This document shows positions 58,236 to 64,000 of a stretch of 64,000 bases of DNA, in pieces. The notes below the pieces were generated by a model. The model was not told the origin of the DNA and did not search any database. It was given only the letters and a program-made list of their open reading frames with translations. The position numbers were made by a program, and so were the translations under genes. The first letter of the stretch is position 1. Every line of letters begins with the position of its first letter. Source of the DNA: Octopus vulgaris (taxonomy: Eukaryota); the NCBI GenBank assembly GCA_951406725.2, contig OX597842.1, positions 8,184,001-8,248,000 of the forward strand, written 5' to 3'.

Positions 58236-58751
58236 AGACCGATTGATTGAAAGACAGACAGCTTGATAGAAGGATTTATGAGAGAGTGAGCAACGATGAT
58301 ATAAGGAGAAAAAACTCACGTTTTATCTGAAAATTGGTTTATCCGAGTCATATTGCCAACAGTCCTTGGTCTGTTCTGTAGAGTTGTTGAGCTGATCTGG
58401 TATGGAGTGGTGCGGGATGGTGGGGGCTGACTGTCATTGTGTATGGGAATGTGACAAAAATAGTCTGCCTGGCTGTCAATTTACAAACACATGCATACAC
58501 ACCTTTACATATTCACGTTTGTATGCGTGTTTGTCAATCTCTCTCTCTCACTCTCTCTCTCAATCTATCTGTCTGTCTGTCTGTCTTTCTGCCTCACTCT
58601 CTACCTCTACCTAATCTGTCTGTCAGTCTAGTTATCTACAAGGTGGCATCAAACAGTTCCCAGACTAATTTTGTAGCGCGCCAACAGATGGCGGCACATG
58701 GCTGCATGCTCACTGGGAGCTAGCAGTGACCTTCATGAAGCAGTGTGCTAA

Positions 58752-59251
58752 GGGTGGTGAGCTGGCAGAATCGTTAGCATGCCAGGCGAAATGCTTAGCG
58801 GTATTTCGTCTGCCGTTACATTCTGAGTTCAAATTCCGCCGAGGTCGACTTTGCCTTTCATCCTTTCGGGGTCGATAAATTAAGTACCAGTTACGCACTG
58901 GGATCGATGTAATCGACTTAATACCTATGTCTGTCCTTGTTTGTCCCCTCTGTGTTTAGCCCCTTGTGGGTAGTAAAGAAATAGGTATTTCGTCTGCTGT
59001 TATGTTCTGGGTTCAAATTCCGTCGAGGTCGAGTTGCCTTTCATCCTTTCGGGGTCGATAAATTAAGTACCAGCTACTTACTGGGGTCGATATAATCGAC
59101 TTAATCCGTTTGTCTGTTCTTGTTTGTCCTCTCTGTGTTTAGCCCCTTGTGGGTAGTAAAGAAATAGGTATTTCGTCTGCTGTTATGTTCTGAGTTCAAA
59201 TTTCATCGAGGTCGACTTTCATCCTTTCGGGGTCGATTAAATAAGTACCAG
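58752..59251 (+). mobile_element. Third SINE family, three tandem internal units
   Basis: A/B-box-like tggcagaatcg / gagttcaaattcc, and repeated gaggtcgac..tttcatcctttcggggtcgataaattaagtacc. Confidence 0.7.
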
Positions 59252-59680
59252 TCTGTCAGTTGTGTTGGTTTGTTTTTCTCGATTTCAGCACGACGTGTAT
59301 CTATAGTGATTATAAAAGGAAATTGACGATTTAATGTCTGTTCTTAGTATATTGACATGGAAATAATTTTTCTTTTGCCCTTACTTATAAGTTGTTTATA
59401 ATTTTAACCTTTAAAGGTATTTAATATGCTGCCACTTTTGATGGAATTCTTTTCGGAAAAAAAATTTATCTTATATTAATAGTAGATTTATTACCATTCA
59501 CTCAGGGACTGGTAACCACTATAAGCTGTGGTTCAGAATAGTTCACACATTTAGTAAGCTGAGGCTGGCTAAAGGATTTTACATTTAGATATAACTGGGG
59601 CGCTTAAATGTACTCATGACTCTTGCTTATGGTTTTTTTCCATGGGTGCTTGTAAGTATTTCATTTATTTCTTATCGTAT

Positions 59681-59739
59681 TTTCTACTGAAGAGGAAAGA
59701 ATCCATAGGATTAATCCCAAAATTGATTCAATATAGAAA
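59681..59739 (+). ncRNA. Degenerate Penelope-type hammerhead ribozyme
   Basis: Stem I tttcta/tagaaa, CTGAAGA, gg...cc stem II, GAAA mutated to AAAA, stem III attg/caat, ATA triplet. Confidence 0.45.
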
Positions 59740-60162
59740 TAACGAACTTTTTAAAAGAATTCTGTTGGCTAACTTTCCTCGATTTCAGCACGATGTGTAT
59801 TTATAGTGAATGTATAACGAAATGTGGAAATCGACGATTTAAAGTCTCTTATCAGCATATTGGCATAGAAATAATTTTTCTTTTGCCCTTGTTTATAAGT
59901 TGTTTATATATATATATAGGGGGGAATTCACGAAAAAAAAAACCCAAGACGAAGACAGGCGGTGTAGAAAACAAGCAGATGTATTAGTATAACGCTGGTT
60001 TTTGAAGCGAGTTTTTTGAAAATGAGTACAGAAAGGTTAATGGAACGCTGAAAGCAGTGGGAAGGATATATGCGGAGGTACTGTTTTAGGCGGTGGTGGA
60101 GAGTGAGGAGGAAGGATTTGTAGTCTGGCATGGTAGAATATATGTGTGTGTGTATGCATGTA

Positions 60163-60228
<66 letters not shown>

Positions 60229-60752
60229 TTTATTTATTTAATTATATGTATAATAGCAGTAATACCCGTCGTCGATCGGGTAATACTTTACTCTTTCTCA
60301 GGAGCAGCATTCAAAGTGTTATACATAACACTTTATGTATGTGTGTATTTTATAAATAAAAAAAACATGTAATAATTGAAGTAGAAGAAAGACCAGTTTC
60401 ATACAGGAACTTCTGTTTGTTTGTTATATGACAATAACAAGTGAGTTGTTTGTGTTATTTTATATATTAATAGAGTAATGGCAATTATATAATACAGAAG
60501 GCTTTGGTTGGCATGGGATTGTAATGAAAGGGGATTGCCCAATGTGCCACACAGTGGGAGTGAACTCAAGCCGTCATGGTTGGAAGGTAAGATTCTCAAC
60601 CACACAGCCACACCTATAAAGGAGAGATACATTTTGGATAATATACTCCTTGATACAATATGCTTAGCAAAAACAAGGGATGTTTATGGCAGGAAGACCT
60701 TTGATTTTAATATTTACTTGAGCAACACAACAACTAACAACACCACACCATA

Positions 60753-61237
60753 CAGGGTGTTCCAGAATTAATTATCTGTTTCAATGAAACTGAGCAAATT
60801 TTTTTTTAAATGACAGAATTTTATGTTTATTACCAAAACAAATAGATTTATAAATCCTACGTCAAACTTTTATTGAAAATGTTCAACATGTCTGTATCCC
60901 TGCATACTTTAAATCTCTCTTTAGTGTTGTGAAACACATTTTGAAGCATTCCAGGAGTTCGCTCCTTCACTACCAACTGAATGTGTACTTTAAGCTCAGC
61001 TAAACGATTGCTCCATCTTGGGGATGGAGGTAAAGAAAATGATTGCTGCCAAATTGAAAAAAAAGCTGTCATGGACAAATAAGAGGGGTCCAACAGGAAT
61101 GAAAATATAATTATAAACAAAATTCAAAATTTTTACACTTTTAACACATATTGAACATGATAAACATAAATAAGAGTGAGTTTTAGAAAAAATGCATCCG
61201 ATTTCACTCAAATCATCATTAATTCTGGGGCACCCTG
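60753..61237. mobile_element. Tc1/mariner-type internally deleted element (MITE-like)
   Basis: TA-cagggtgttccagaattaat ... attaattctggggcaccctg-TA; residual transposase-like C-terminus in minus ORF 60857..61120. Confidence 0.8.
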
Positions 61238-62049
61238 TATTTACTCGTCCAACTAAACAGGGGAAGGAACATGGAGGGGACTAATTTCAGGTAGCAAGTG
61301 CAGCTTCCGGAAGTGGTCACACGGTCAAACTCAAATGGCAGTGAGTCACAGCAGTAGTTTGTTTTTCTATATGAACTATAGTTCAGACATGGAGGACATA
61401 GAAAGCAGACATGCTGCGGGGCCATGCTGGGTTGCACAGGATTGGAAACGTGAAGCATCAACAGGGCACTTCTGGAGAATGGATGAATGGGTTTGTGGTG
61501 CCTTTACCCAGCTGCACACACATGCACATGGCCCTGTGGTGCGTGGGATGGTAACATGAAGCATCAACAGGGAACCTACAAAAATTCTAATGTTCTTCTC
61601 ATTTTCTTTACCAAATTGAACAAAAAGGTTTTCATGAAATATGCGCTACTTAAAATTCATAGGTAGTGTCAGTATTTTATCGTCGGAAAATGGCCTAAAA
61701 CAAAGTATACTAAAATCTGATTAATCTGTATTTATGGGAGCGGGGGGGGGGGGGCATAGTGGGCGTTGGAAACTTTTCTAGTCAATAGCGATTCGAGGAT
61801 CTTGATTAATGTTTGTTGCCAGTTTGGAGGAAAGTGACTGGATACTCTTCAAATTACGGGCCTTAATGCTGTGAAAATGCCCCTGGGCCCGCATTAGCCA
61901 AGGAGTTGAAAATTGTTTTGGTCCATGACATTTGGGCCCTATGTAATGCATGTGTAAAATTTCATTAAAATCGGTTGGTTGGATCTCGAGTTTTAACATG
62001 ACAAACACACAGACACACACACACACCCTGTGTTTTGTATATATATGGA

Positions 62050-62826
62050 TGAGGATTGCTGTGTGAAAAAGTGCCACACTCTAGCCATTGAGGGAACCTG
62101 TGGAAGAGGTAGACCCAGGAAGACCTGGGATGAGGTGGTGAAGCACGACCTTCGAGGGAATGACTAATGACCGAGACCTTTGGAAATATGCAGTGCATGA
62201 GAAGATCCAGCAAGCCAAATGAGACCATAACCTGTGGCCTATGCCAGGGGTGTAACCAGCCCACTTATGCATACCTTTTCTTTCTTTGATCACTAAACTC
62301 GGCTTGCAAAGACCTGTTGAGGCAAGTGAAATCGGAATCAAAATCGAAATCAAATTCGATGACAGCACCGCATGACTGGCATCAGTGCTAGTGGAGCGCT
62401 AAGAGCACCATCCGAACGTGATCGTTGCCAAGGCAGCTGACTGGCTTCTTTGCCGGTGGCACGTAAAAAGCGCCATTCGAGCGCGATCGTTACCAGCGTC
62501 GCCTTACTGTCACTTGTGCCGGTGGCACGTGAAAAAAACATTTGAGCGAGGTCGTTACCAGTGCCGCTGAACTGGCTTCTGTGCAGGTGGCACGTAAAAA
62601 ACACCATTTGAGCGTGGCCGTTGCCAGTACCGCCTGACTGGCCCTCGTGCCGGTGGCATGTAAAATCAGCCACTACACTCTCGGAGTGGTTGGCGTTAGG
62701 AAGGGCATCCAGCTGTAGAAACTCTGCCAGATCAAGATTGGAGCCTGGTGCAGCCATCTGGTTCGCCAGTCCTCAGTCAAATCGTCCAACCCATGCCAGC
62801 ATGGAAAGCGGACATTAAACGATGAT
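62050..62826 (+). mobile_element. RTE-type LINE 3' end with repeat-rich 3' UTR and (GAT) tail
   Basis: RGRPRKTWDEVVKHDL...DRDLWKYAV; repeated gccggtggcacgtaaaaa; ends ggacattaaacgatgat. Related copies at ~40565-40780 (-) and ~52150-52502 (+). Confidence 0.65.
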
Positions 62827-63160
62827 ATACATACATATATATATATACTTTATTTAAAAGCAACCGAAATTCAACAAAACCTGTTACTCTGAGTTTCATA
62901 TGTATATATCACCAATATTTATATATATTATGTGTGTATGTATGTATGTATGTATGTATGTATGTATGTATGTATGTATATATATATATATGTATATTAT
63001 ATATATGTATTTATATCGCATATATATTTATATATTTCATGTATATATATATATATATATATCACATATATATTTATATATATTATGTGTGTGTATATAT
63101 ATATATATATTTATATATATTATGTACACACACACAAGCACATATATATCACACATATAT

Positions 63161-63196
<36 letters not shown>

Positions 63197-63424
63197 ACAC
63201 ACATGCACATGTATGTATGTATGTGTGTACGTTCGTAGGTGACTGTTTCATGTCATCTCTTTGACAAGTTTGTGTTTGATGGTGGAAATGCCTGATCAAA
63301 ACATTTCTACAGTCTGACAGGAAGAATGTGCTTCCAGAATTTATTTATACACTCACCGGAATTTTATTGTTTTCCAACCTTTTTTTAATACTTTGATTGT
63401 TTAAATATACTCACACGCTCATAT

Positions 63425-63471
63425 ATCATCATCATCATCACCATCATCACCATCATCACCACCATCATCAC

Positions 63472-63503
<32 letters not shown>

Positions 63504-63555
63504 CCATCATCACCACCATCATCACCATCATCATCATCATCATCACCATCATCAC

Positions 63556-63608
<53 letters not shown>

Positions 63609-63649
63609 CCACCATCATCATCATCATCATCATCATCATCACCACCACC

Positions 63650-63681
<32 letters not shown>

Positions 63682-63705
63682 CATCACCACCACCATCATC
63701 ATCAT
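63425..63705. repeat. Long (CAT/CAC)n microsatellite
   Basis: Direct inspection; contiguous with a retroposon 3' end (catttaacgtctgttttccatgc). Confidence 0.95.
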
Positions 63706-63836
63706 TTAACGTCTGTTTTCCATGCTGGCGTTGGTTAGATGGTTTCACGAACCAGGCAAGGCTTAGGTTAAGAGTTATATGGCGCTCTCACCGTGGCGGC
63801 CGGGATTCGTTTCCCCGCTTGGGGAGAGCTCCTTCA

Positions 63837-64000
63837 TAGGCGTAGGAGTGGTTGTGTGGTAAGTAGCTTGCTTACGAATCACACGGTTTCGGGTTCAGTC
63901 CCACTGCATGGCACCTTGGGCAAGTGTCTTCTGCTATAGCCCCGGGCCGACCAATGCCTTGTGAGTGGATTTGGTAGACGGAAACTGAAAGAAGCCTGTC
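63837..64000 (+). mobile_element. SINE S1 5' part (runs off the window)
   Basis: aggcgtaggagtggttgtgtggtaagtagcttgc...gggttcagtcccactgc. Confidence 0.9.

Noticed and set aside
62440-62670. Regularly spaced gccggtggcacgtaaaaa repeats suggesting a CRISPR-like array
   Set aside because: The spacers are related to each other, the context is a eukaryotic LINE 3' UTR, and there are no cas genes.
63385-63748. Poly-His, poly-Asp and poly-Met ORFs
   Set aside because: They are translations of the (CAT/CAC)n microsatellite.
63837-63915. tRNA genes at the SINE heads
   Set aside because: A and B boxes are present but the cloverleaf stems do not pair, and each is followed by the SINE body.

Overview
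Eukaryotic, repeat-dense DNA, most likely cephalopod (octopus); the taxon is inferred from the tRNA-derived SINE family and microsatellite style, not verified. Bases 1-~48,800 are a nearly gene-free pile of nested, fragmented transposons: several Tx1/L1-clade non-LTR families, ORF1-only (HAL1-like) elements, RTE, R2, R4/Dong-like, Penelope, Gypsy, piggyBac, mariner and Merlin. About 24 protein-coding fragments lie on the minus strand versus 3 on the plus, resembling a uni-strand (flamenco-like) piRNA cluster. The most striking sequence-level signal is that several Tx1-type and ORF1-only elements share one exact insertion site, GGTTAGCAAGCTACT, inside the tRNA-derived head of the host's abundant SINE. 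There are four 5' junctions and two 3' junctions, including a head-to-tail stack. Also present: a near full-length R2-A-type element outside rDNA still carrying 28S target sequence on both sides; a 5'-inverted RTE whose inversion junction coincides with an HDV-like ribozyme; Penelope hammerhead ribozymes; an 84-bp inverted repeat; and a TIR-complete piggyBac split by nested retroelements. Bases ~49,000-64,000 are ordinary SINE/microsatellite-rich DNA with one plausible host exon (CD225/dispanin-like, minus strand). All calls are by eye from motifs and the ORF track; no database searches were run and many boundaries are approximate.
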